DNA from: the human T2T-CHM13v2.0 reference genome, Homo sapiens
DNA: 64,000 nt
Direction: 5' to 3' (one strand)
NCBI RefSeq assembly: GCF_009914755.1
Contig: NC_060928.1
Shown: one piece after another, positions 24,805 to 36,011 of the stretch
Position numbering within the stretch: position 1 is the first letter of the stretch
Layout: every line of letters begins with the position of its first letter
Translations under genes and position numbers: made by a program
Notes under the pieces: model-generated
Database searches by the model: none
Told to the model about the DNA's origin: nothing
The model's input: only the letters and a program-made list of their open reading frames with translations

Positions 24805-26875
24805 GGTGACCATGTGGTTTTTGTTTTTGATTCTGTTTATGTGATGTATCAGATTTATTGACTTGCATATGTTAAACCATCCCTGAATCCCTGGGATGAA
24901 ACTCACTTGATCATGACATATTATCTTTTGGATGTGTTGTTTAAATTGGTTATCTGGTATTTTGTTGAGGATTTTTGTATCTGTGTTCATCAGGGATATT
25001 GGTTTGTGGTTTTCTTTTCTTTGTTGTTGTGTCCTTTCTTGGTTTTGGAATCAGGGTGATATTGGCTTTATAGAATGACTTAGGGAGGATTCCCTCTTTC
25101 TCAGTCTTTTGGAGTAGTTTCAATAGGATTGGTACCAATTCTTCTTTGAATGTCTGGTAGAATTCAGCTGTGAATCCATCTGGTCCTGGGATTTTGTTGT
25201 TTTTGTTGGCAATTTTTAATTAGTGATTCAATCTTGCTGCTCATTATTGAGCAGGGTTTCTATTTCTTCTCAATTTAATCTAGGAGGATTGTATGTTTCT
25301 AGGAATTTATCCATTTCCTCTAGGTTTCCTAGTTTGTATGTATAAAGATGTTCACAGTCGCCTCAAATGATTGTTTATATTTCTGTGGTGTTTGTGGTGC
25401 TGTCTCCAGTTTTATTTCTAACAGAGCTTATTTGGATCTTCTGTCTTTTCTTGGATAATCTAGCTAGTGGTCCATTAATTTTGTTTTATCTTTTCAAACA
25501 ACCAACTTTATCTTTTGTATTTTTTTGTTGAATTTCATTTAGTTATATTCTTATCTTTATTATTTAGTTTCTTCTGCTAGCTTTGGGTTTAGTTTGTTTT
25601 TGTTTCTCTAGTTCCTGAGGTGTGACATTGGGTTGTCAATTTTTCCTCTTTCAGACTGTTTGATGTAGGCATTTAGCAATATAAATTTTCCTCTTAGCAC
25701 TGCTTTTGGTATGTCCCAGAGGTTTTGATAACTCATATCATTATTATTATTCAATTCAAATAATTTTAAAATTTCCATTTTGATTTTATTGTTAAGCCAG
25801 AAATCATTCAGGAGCAGATAATTAATTTGTATGTATTTGTATAGTTTGGAGGGTTCCTTTGGAGTTGATTTCTTGTTTTATTCTGCTGTGGTCTGAGAAG
25901 ATATTTGATATGATTTTGATTTTATAAAATTTATTAAGACATGTTTTGTGGCATATAATATGTTCTACCTTGGAGAATGTTCCATGTGCTGAAGAAGAAT
26001 GTATATTCTGTAGTTCTTGGGTAGAATATTCTGTAAATATCAGTTATGTCCATTTTTCTCTAGCATGTCATTTAAGTCCATTGTTTTTGTTGACTTTGTC
26101 TCCATGATCTATCAGACTTTTGGGTTAGAGCTGCAGACTGTCCTAGAGCCCAGCACTGCAACTGTGCCTCTGCTGAAAGAAACTTCCCACCAGTGGAAAC
26201 ATCTGGTGTTCAAGGCCCTTTGTCTGGATTATTTTGTCCCATGGGGTGTTCCCTTGATGTTGTGCACTCTTCTTTCTCCTAGGAGCCAGAATACTGTGAG
26301 TGTTGTTGCTCTTCTGGGTCTAGCCACTCAGTGAATTTGCCATACTCCAGGCTGGCACTGGGAAATGTCTGCAGGGAATCTAGTGATGTGACCTGTGTTC
26401 AAATCTCCCAGCAATGAGTAGTAGCACTAAATGGCTAAACATACAAATTTTTACAAGTACATGGAGACCCCCCTCCATAGAAAAAGCTCTAATGGGGGTG
26501 ACTGGGGGATGACATAGACTCTGTGAAATTCCTTTGTTATAGATAGTCTTAGTGTGTTCGGGAATGCCAGTTATAGTACTAATGAACCGGTCACTTGGAT
26601 AGACTCAGGACATCCTGGTTACCCAGAGTGATGCAGGCAGTGGTGATAGCTGAGGTTTTCCCTTTGTAGGTGCAGTGTTATTCTACCAGGAGATGCTATA
26701 ATGGATTGTGTTGATTGCCCTCCAGCCGGACGTGGGTGCTTGCAAAAGAACACTATCTATGGTAGTAGCAGTGGGATTTTTACTTGCTTTACCTTGCCCT
26801 GGGTGGAGGTACTCTGGTTCCTTAGACAATGGGTGGGGCCATATATCTCCTCATAGTTTCTGTCCTTTGTGTTAA

Positions 26876-27004
26876 CCCATTTATGCCTAGATTTCCATTA
26901 TTGGAACACTAAGCTTGTGGGAATTATTTATATCCTACTGCTCAAGGTCATCGCCAAGGTCTGATTTTTCACAAAAAATATTTGCAACCTCCTGCATAAA
27001 TAGG
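26876..27004 (+). mobile_element. MER85 (PGBD3/piggyBac MITE)
   Basis: TTAA TSDs at 26872-26875 and 27005-27008; TIRs cccatttatgc/gcataaatagg; internal palindrome ttccattattggaa. Confidence 0.92.
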
Positions 27005-28045
27005 TTAAACTTCTAGGGCAGGTGATGGGGCAAAGCCAGGTGGGGGCTGTGTCAGGTGGGTTAGTGCCTCTGACTCTCTGCATGCAGGGCAAGCAGCAGC
27101 CTCTGTGAGTGCCAGGGGTGGTTCTCAGGCCACTGGATGGATGTTCCAGAGAAGAGTGTTTCTTCCTCTGCTGCACAAGAGAGGTTGCACAGGTAGTGGG
27201 GAGTAGCAGGCAGTGGTAAGACCCACACAGCTCCCACACACTTGGTGAGGCAGATCCACTCCCTCAGTGTTCCACTGGCAGCAGTGAGCTAAGTTCCAGG
27301 CAGCCTGCACTCAGAACTTACAATTGCCCTGGGTCATAAGCTTTTCTCTCAGAGATAGCAACTGTGGCTTTCAGGCCACACCCCTCCCCATTGACTGGCA
27401 AAGCCTATGGATGTGGCTGCAGCCTCCTTTTCATTCACCCTCCCACCATCCCTGGTGAAGAAAGTTTGTCTCCCCTGAAATTATATCATGAAACCCAGTT
27501 GGGGGCTTCTTTCAACCTGAAACCACTGCCTGAACTATTTGACCTCTGCAGGATTCCTTGTGAGGAGCAATAAGAAATTGCTTCCCTCAGTCCATGCTGG
27601 AGGTTGTGAGTGCACATAAGGGTCTTCCCGCCAGTGCCCCTACTTTTATATTCCTTGGCCCTCCCTAAGTCAGTTCCTGTGCTGGATAGGATTAAGGCCT
27701 CCCCCCATTGGCCTAGGCTTTCAGGGTCCCTAGTGGGTGTGTGTATTCTGGAGGCAATCTCTCCTCTTCTCACATTCTGAGGACTCACAGCCCCTTGCCT
27801 TACTCACAGTGTAGGCTGCAGCCTGCTGCTGCCTTCAAAGGGTCTATGGATTCCTTCAGTTTTTCTGTTCAGTTCCTGTATCACTTCTTTAAGAAAAAGT
27901 TCCCAGTGTGAATTGCTACACATTATTTGTTCTTCCAAGTAGGAGAGATATGCTAGCACTGCCTGTAATCTGCCATCTTGGAACGAAAAAGAAAAAAAAA
28001 CCTAAACTACATAAACCGTTTTTTATGATTAGTTATTGAGAAGTG

Positions 28046-28551
28046 TGTAGAGGAAGCAAAACTATCTCTATCCTCTTAGCAAAATCGGCATAAGACAGAT
28101 CAATTGGAGAGAAACATACAGATTTTCACACGTACATGGGGACCACCCCTAGAAAAATAAAGACCCAAAGAAGAAGTAGGAGCTGAATGCTGGTATCCTA
28201 AGTTGGATAAAGAGTACACAATTTTGAAAACATGACAAGACAAAGGGTCTTGGGTTAGGGCAGTTAATTATTGAGAAACAGCTATGTAGATTAGGGTCAG
28301 TTTAACAAGGTTTGTTTGTACAGATTTCCCCCAGCCTTGATTCCTCATCTTTGATGATAGGAATATTTCTTCCCTCTTGGTACAGGAAGGGCACCTTTCC
28401 CCTAGGAGTTTCATCTCCTGTTTTAGGAAGAAAAAGGAAGATCAGGGTGCCTTTTGCAGCTGTTTTTTTTTTAAGTGCCTTTAACTCAAAATAATCTTAA
28501 TGCCAAAGTGGCATATTTTTTTGGGGGGGGGGCATATTCTGCCATCCTTCA
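28046..28551 (-). mobile_element. MER34-group ERV1 solo LTR
   Basis: ...ctcaaaataatcttaatgccaaagtggcatatttt...gcatattctgccatccttca; TSD agtg/agtc. Confidence 0.8.
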
Positions 28552-28602
28552 AGTCAAATAAATCACATTGACATCTACTAAACCTTAAAACAGCCCAAGT
28601 TT

Positions 28603-28702
28603 CATGGGTGTTTGCATAAGTCCAAACTCATCAAATTGTACACATTAAATATATGCAGTTCTTTGTATACCAATTTTACCTCAATAGAGTTGTTTTAAAA
28701 AA
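28603..28702 (+). mobile_element. Short 5'-truncated L1M 3' end
   Basis: aaactcatcaaattgtacacattaaatatatgcag...tacctcaatagagttg; degenerate TSD aaaacagcccaagtt/aaaatagcctaaggt. Confidence 0.7.
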
Positions 28703-29304
28703 TAGCCTAAGGTTTTTGCTGATAGAGTATCATGGACAAGGATAAAGTTTACTAACTCAAAGAGATTACTGTTGCTCTTTTCACCCCATTTGAAGAGGAA
28801 AATTCAGAATTATATTGTGGTGAATTCTTTAAATTATCTCAATTCTCATTCTTTTCTTCTTCCTTTGGGAGATGTTTAAAAGCCGATAGATGCCTCTTGT
28901 CTGGGCACAAATTAGGTTCCACTAACAAGATGCACTGTTGTGAGTTCTGGAGGGTGACAATAAGGCAGAATCCTTCTTCCTGAGATTCTTGGTTCTTTGA
29001 AACAAAGTTTGAAAGTATGCAGGTATCTAGTACCAGCATTTCTACATCCATTCTTCCACCTTCATGTTGCTAAGAAGCTATGGCTATAGCAGACATTAAT
29101 CAGACTGATGAATCAATAAACTGCAGCTGCGGTTGCCTATTCTTCAGCCTCATGTTTTCGAGAAGCAGTTGTGGTGGCAACGTGGGCAGCGAAGCTTCTT
29201 GCTTCTGGAATATTTCTGGTGGTCACCTCAGAGGTGACAGCTTCCATAGTGATAAAATAGCCACAATGTATATGAAAAGCAAAATTACACATTAAATGCG
29301 TAGA

Positions 29305-29500
29305 GTTGGTGTGCTGCACCCATTAACTCGTCATTTAGCATTAGGTAAGCATTAGGAGATATACCTAATGCTAAATGACGAGTTAATGGGTGCAGCACAC
29401 CAACATGGCACATGCATACATATGTAACAAACCTGCACGTTGTGCACATGTACCCTAAAACTTAAAGTATAATAATAATAAAATTAAATAAATAAATAAA
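29305..29500 (+). mobile_element. ~200-bp L1PA (PA3/4-like) insertion with 5' inversion
   Basis: L1 3' end from 29348 with (TAAA)n tail; inverted part 29305-29347; TSD taaatgcgtagagtt/taaatatgtagagtt. Confidence 0.95.
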
Positions 29501-29828
29501 TAAATATGTAGAGTTATCTCATGTGGAGGGACAATCTATAAAATATGAAAATATGCAAGACTCCATTCCTCAGAATATAGAATTATATAATCAAACACTG
29601 ATTTGTGAATTAATGTTTATATTTGGACATATAGTACACTATTTTACGTGTTTTTTCAACAGTGTCCAGAATATATAATAATGTGAAATATTATTAAATA
29701 TTTATTATGTGATAGTTACATCACATTTTAGAGTATAATGTGTTTTATAATCTGTTAATTCTTTATTTACATATATTTTTATCTATTAGACTGGTTCAGC
29801 TAATATTTACACTGGGGATCTGTTTATT

Positions 29829-29848
29829 GTGTGTGTGTGTGTGTGTGT
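29829..29848. repeat. (GT)n microsatellite
   Basis: gtgtgtgtgtgtgtgtgtgt. Confidence 0.9.
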
Positions 29849-30499
29849 TTTTTTATCAGCCTATAGAAAATTAGTGTTGGAAGGACTGTCCAATCCAATT
29901 TTATGGGTGATTAAATTGAGGTTAAGAGTTTAAGAGATTTTGTCTGGTGAACACATTAATTTAGTGTCAAATTAGGAACTAGAACTCTGACCAGAACAAT
30001 CCAGTTCAATATTTCTTATACTATCCTGCACTGCTAAAGACAGGGAGAAAATTACAGGGAATACAAAGGAAATTGAAAATGAGATTAGAGAAGTAGGTGT
30101 TAAACAGAAATGTATGCCAGGATCATGCAGGTAATTTTATATATGCTGACACACTACAGAGTGACTAAATTTGAATCTCTGGCAGTAGATAAGTCCAGGT
30201 GACACAGTTAGGCACAGCCACATAAGAATTAGTAGGCTGGAGAAGGATGCTGTTTGATAAAGGTCAGTATCTAAAAATCACTTCTGAAATGCTTGACTTG
30301 AACTCCATTCTCAGACCTAAACTTTATTACTGGGAATAGCATGTGGTATCACTAACCAGATCCCTTCTTAAAATTCTTCCCTCTCTTGGTTTCTCAGACT
30401 TTCTCCTGTTGGTCTTTCTATTTCTTTTTGAGTCTCCTGTGAAGGCTCTCATTCCTCTAGTTGCCTTTTTCATGCTGGTGTTCTCTTCTACAGTTAGAG

Positions 30500-30694
30500 T
30501 GGTGGTTCTCAAAAAGGAGCAATTTGGCAATGTCTGGACACATTTTTTATTGTCAGGCCTCAGGGTGTATGACTGGCATCTAGTCAGTAGACACCAGGGG
30601 CACTGCTAAATATCCTGCAATGCACAGAACAGGCTCCCACAACAAAGGATTCTCTGGTCCAAAATGTTGATAATATCAAAGTTGAGACACCTTG
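30500..30694 (+). mobile_element. MER20 (hAT-Charlie)
   Basis: ggtggttctcaa...atttggcaatgtctgga...gctaaatatcctgcaatgcacagaacag...gttgagacacc. Confidence 0.85.
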
Positions 30695-33117
30695 CATTGG
30701 AGTATAATGTCTGTGTGCTCAGGACTGTTTCACTTACACAGAGTAAGTCAGAAAGGCAAGCACTTATGTGTGAAGTAACATTCAAATCATTTTTTCTTTT
30801 AAATAGTAGAGCACTAGCTACAAATTCTTTAGCCACTGTGGAGCACATTTGAGGACAGGAACTGCTTCTCATTCATCTTTACATCCATAGTGTTTAGAAT
30901 AGCAGGCTCTAGAAAAGTTTGACTTTTAAAATAGCCTGAAGACATGGAAAGTAGGGAATTTCATTTACTAAAATGACTATGGTTCCACGAAATGCATTAA
31001 TCCAAAAGGCAAATAATGCAAGGAACTAATGTCAACTTCATATTTTCCAAACTTTGATTGAGGGCAGTAAATTCCCTGAAAGAATCAGATTAACTATTTG
31101 TAGAATAACCTTATTGCAGAAATCAACATATCACATAATATCTCCCAGAAATATAAGCACTGATTTCTGGTTCCCTTTTTCTCACTCATAGGGAAGAGCA
31201 AGATAGAGAATGCTGTTAGTAACAAGCAGCTTTCAAACATCTACACTTCAGCTTTGGGTCTTTACTTCATCTAGGAATGAAAAGGATATATTCTTGTGAA
31301 TCTGTGTTAGGTCTTTGATGCATGGTGATTAAATTATGACTGGCCTGAATTCAGCAATGCTGTTTATCAAGCTCTATACTAAAAGAACAGATCACTTTTA
31401 ATTGAAATGGATTTTATTTTAATTTCATAATGCCTAACATAGAATGAGAGAAATGAGAAAAGTGAGAAGAAATTCTATTTCCCATTATCTCAGTGACTAC
31501 CAGTTGCTAATTTTATATTTTACTAAATTAGGTACTTTATTAAATAGATAAGAAAAAATAACAAGAAAAAGGTAACATGATGCAAAATGTAGACTTATAC
31601 ACATGCTTATTATTTCTGTAAAACATGTTGAGTGCCCTCATATAAAAAAAAAGATTTAATGCTTAGAAAGTTCTAAAACCTAAAAGGTCTTATCTCATGC
31701 TTAGCTAATTATTTTGACAGGAGTCTAACTGATGTGTGCTTTTCCGTGCAAATGAGTTTGTGGCAAACAAGATGACTGTCATCTACATAAACACTCCATA
31801 ACTAATTCTAATCTCCACAGAGAGATTAAGTAGTGAAAGTTAGCAATTAGAATTCAGTGGCAATGTTTTCCTCTGCAATTGATTAGTGGACAGGCTATAA
31901 ACAGTTCCACTAATTACTTTCTTTTTGGAACTCCAGACTACTCTGTCTTTTATGTACTTTGTTTTTCTCTAAAACATCTCTTTTTTAGACACATTCTCCC
32001 CTCTAGATCACCAGGTTAATTTTCCAGTTTTATCCTCTTTTTCTTATAATCTTTTTTTTTCTGTCTTATCTGGTTTTCATTTTTTCACAGACACTCTTAA
32101 TTGAGAGTGAGGCCAAAAACTCAGTCGCTGGTTCTCGGTTTCTATAAACTACCTCTTAGAAGAATTAATCCATTTTCACTAAATGATGATGCTAAAGTCT
32201 CTAGCTCTTGCTCTCAATTTGTTCAACTACCATTTGAGTGTTTAACACACGTACATGTCACTACTTCCTTGACTCATTCCAAGCTCTTTGTTTTCCTTCC
32301 GTCATTTTTTAAGCTATCTGGTCTTAAAAGCTTGATGTATTGTTGAATCTTCCAACTTTCCTTTTTTACATTTTCAAACAATCATTTATTCTTAGTGTTT
32401 TTTAGTAATACCTTTGTTTGCTTTCCTTTTTATACTTCTGCGACTACCCTGTTACATGCATTCAAAACTTTGTGCCAGGAAATCTGATTCTCATTTGACA
32501 TACTTTTTCCTTCTATGCTTTTATTTTTAATCCATTTCACTCATTACCTCTTCAGAAACCCGACTACTTTCATTACATCACCTTTAGCTCCAAATCGTCA
32601 GTTGATTTCATTATTATCTGGATCAAATCCTGCCTATTTCAGGACTTTGATAATATCTAAAATCCTACTAATCATCTCTTTTATTTGATTATTTGATTGT
32701 CCTCAACAAGTTTGTCAAGTTTGCTTACCAAATTTGTGTCTTTTCGGTTAATTCAGATAATTTTTAGGCTTGCAATAGACTTCTTAATCCATTTTAACTG
32801 ATCACCACCCATTTTTCAGAGTTCAGCTCAGGTCGCACTTTATCTCCACATTCAAGTCCTATGGTGAATCCTTCATAGAGTGCAGAGGATCAGTTATTTG
32901 TCTGGCACTTTTCAGATACTGTACAGTGTCTGCTGTAAACTTTTATGTTTTTTGCTTCACTATATTGGTGACTTTTTAACTCATAGATAATTTCTGTTGA
33001 TGTAGGGATTTATTCTACTGACAAAATGATTTATGGAACTTTATTTTAACAAAGTATGTAGGTATTAAGGAAGTGGATAGGAAAGAATATAATGATAGCA
33101 CAAATCTAGTTTGTTTT

Positions 33118-33585
33118 TGTGATGGTTCATTTTATGTCTCAACTTCATTGGGCCACAGAGTGCCCAGATATTTTGTGAAACATTATTCTTGGCGTTCCTA
33201 TGAGGGTGCATTCGGATGGGGTTAACATTTAAATAGATTGGATGAGTAAAGCAGATGACCTTCCTAATGTAGATGAGCCTCATGCAGTCAGTTGAAGGCC
33301 TGAATAGAGCAAAAAGGCTGCCCTTTCTCAAGTAAGAGGGAATTTCTCCTGACTGACTGCCTTCAAACTTGAACTGAAACACTGGCTTTTCATAGGTTTC
33401 AAGCTCGCCTACGTTTGGACACAAACTAAACCATTGGCTTGCCTAGGTCTCCAGCTTGCCGACCCACCTTGAAGATCTTGGGACTCGTCAGTCTTCATAA
33501 CAGTGTGAGCCAATTCCTTGAAACACAGTTTTTCATATGTAGTGGATCTCCTAATGGTTCTGTTTCTCTGGAAAACTCTAATGCA
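33118..33585 (+). mobile_element. MLT2D/MLT2C ERVL solo LTR
   Basis: tgtgatggttcattttatgtctcaactt...ggttctgtttctctggaaaactctaatgca. Confidence 0.85.
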
Positions 33586-34270
33586 GATTTATCTTTCCAT
33601 TCAGCCATGTATGACTTGTTACTATACTACAAATGCAGTAAGGGAAACATAAAAAGACAGGACACTGGACCTACCTGCTGGGGCAAGATAGGCTCCAGAG
33701 AAACCAAAGCAACAGCAAGTCTTAACCTCATTTGGTCACTTATTGGCCATGTGATCTTAAGTAAGTCAATGAAGATTTCTGAGTTTGAGTTTTTTCATGT
33801 GCAAAATGATGATAAAATCTGGCTTCTGGTTTTTGAAATTGATTTTGTGTAAAGAAGATATTTCATTTGCAAACATTTTGGTGAGTGCTAAATATTAACA
33901 GATAAAAATTGTCATTACTATTACTATTTTTAATAAGGACATTTCACCTGTCACACTACATAAAAAGGCTCCTCAAAGCTCTAGATTGGCAAACATGACA
34001 ATGCCATATCAGAATTCTGACAAAAACACAGAAATACCTCATTCCTACTTGTCATGACTACCACAAGGGAAAAGTGGAAAGGTATTTTAAAGCCAGGTGT
34101 TTTAGCTTTGAGATGGATTAGCAAAGTATCTCAAATAGCATTAGGCAATATGGAAGCATACTCCAGTAGATTGTACACCAGGAGGCAGATCAGCAATACA
34201 ATGTATTTCAGGTTGAAATTCTCACTGGGACCATAATTGAAACTAAAGCTTGGTACTTAGAGGAAAAGTA

Positions 34271-34322
34271 CAGACACACACACGCACACAGACACACACA
34301 GGCGCGCGCACACACACACACA
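34271..34322. repeat. Compound (CA)n/(CG)n microsatellite
   Basis: cagacacacacacgcacacagacacacacaggcgcgcgcacacacacacaca. Confidence 0.85.
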
Positions 34323-35869
34323 GCAGTAGTATAACTATCCTTTTCTTACAACAAAATTGAAAACTACCAATGCATGGTAGTTTCAGTGTAACAATTACAT
34401 GCACCAGATATTTTCAAGTATTCACAATGCAACATATGGCTTAACTATTCAGCTGCGGTAAAAATCTGGATTTTTAAGAATAAAAATTAGTTTGAAAAGC
34501 AGCAGGCAACAGTAATGTTGAATCCCCTGTACACCCGTAAAATGGTGAAACCATCTGTACTTTGTGCACGCTGATGACCTTGAATTACTTCTAGCAGTGT
34601 CATTACCCAATTAGTTGAGAGAGGAAAGATACTTGGGAATTACAATTACAGATCCATTAAAATTGTTCAGTGCTTTTATTCTCAAATATTTATTAAATCA
34701 TATCTGTCTGATTATCATTATATGATGATTTTTTAAAAGAGACTAAGTTTGCTAGGTAAAACAGTGTCAGCCTTAAATGATATAATTATATTACTTGAGC
34801 ATACTTCAAGTATGTCTGTCTTTAAAAAATAAAATAATTATCTCTCCTTTTCAATATTATGTCTTCTTAGATGGCAATGCCCCTAAAATACTTTTGTTAG
34901 AATAATCTCCTCTGTTATAATAAAGCTATTATTTAACCAATGAAAAAATATAAATATGCATTCCAAATTATATACTATTTTGTTTTTTTCTACTCTATTT
35001 ATTATTTGATAGAGACTCTGCTGTGTCTCCAGGGATTATATTAAATAAACTAATAATTCTTGGACAATGAGCAGTTTTATTTTTATTTGCTGTTTTACAA
35101 ATAGAAATCTAAAGGTTTTTTTAGTGGTCCTTCCATGGGAATTTTCTATGTAGCTATTTGTCCTCATTATTTAATTGGAGAAGTCTTTTTAGACAAAAAT
35201 GTGATTTGTACATAAATCCTTACATGTGGAGGGAGAAGAATATTTGTGAAATTTATGAACCACAATATAGATGAATATGTTAATATTAACACTATGTACA
35301 AGCAGTCTAAATTATACCCTGATTGAAAAGTCAATACTAATTTTTTTTAATTGTTATACTTTAAGTTCTGGGGTACTTGTGCAGAATGTGCAATTCTGTT
35401 ACATAGGTATACGTGTGCCATGGTGGTTTGCTGCACCCATCAACCTGTCACCTACATTAGGTATTTATCCTAATGCTATGCCTCTCCTAGTCCTCCACCC
35501 CCAGACAGGCCCTGGTGTGTGATATTTCCCTCCCTGTGTCTGTGTTCTCATTTTTCAACTCCCACTTATGAGTGAGAACATGTGGTATTTGGTTTTCTGT
35601 TCTTGTGTGAGTTTACTGAGAATGATGGTTTCCAGCTTCAACCACGTCCCTGCAAAGGATATGAACTCATCCTTTTTTATGGCTGCATGGTATTCCATGG
35701 TGTATATTCCATGGTGTATAAATGTAGCATAGTATTCCAGGCCACATTTTCTTTATCCAGCCTATCATTGACGGATATTTGGGTTGGTTCCAAGTCTTTG
35801 CTATTGTGAATAGTGCCGCAGTAAAAATACGTGTGCATGTGTCTTTATAGTAGAATGATTTATAATCCT

Positions 35870-36011
35870 TTAGGTATATACTTTAGGTATATATTATATA
35901 TTATATATTACATATATATTAGGTATATAATATATATTAAGTATATATTAGGTATATAATATATATTAAGTATATATTAGGTATATAATATATATTAAGT
36001 ATATATTATAT
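35870..36011. repeat. AT-rich minisatellite (29-bp unit x3) inside L1
   Basis: ttaggtatataatatatattaagtatata starting at 35919, 35948 and 35977. Confidence 0.9.

Larger units (their letters stand above)
22524..27983 (-). mobile_element. L1PB (PB1-like) with both ends, large internal deletions (ORF1 lost) and three inserts
   Basis: 3' end ggttacatggatgaattatattgcggtgaattctgag; ORF2 peptides ([31 protein letters not shown]); 5' end ctgccatcttgg. Confidence 0.9.

Noticed and set aside
28839-29295. Short ORFs in apparently unique sequence, plus the palindrome gtcacctc-a-gaggtgac
   Set aside because: No recognisable protein similarity or convincing splice pair; an 8-bp-arm palindrome is plausible by chance in 64 kb
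33065-33852. 119-aa and 137-aa ORFs
   Set aside because: They overlap the MLT2D LTR and a MIR-like stretch; no recognisable protein motifs
34361-34383. 9-bp-arm hairpin aaactacca/tggtagttt
   Set aside because: Short and AT-rich; plausible by chance
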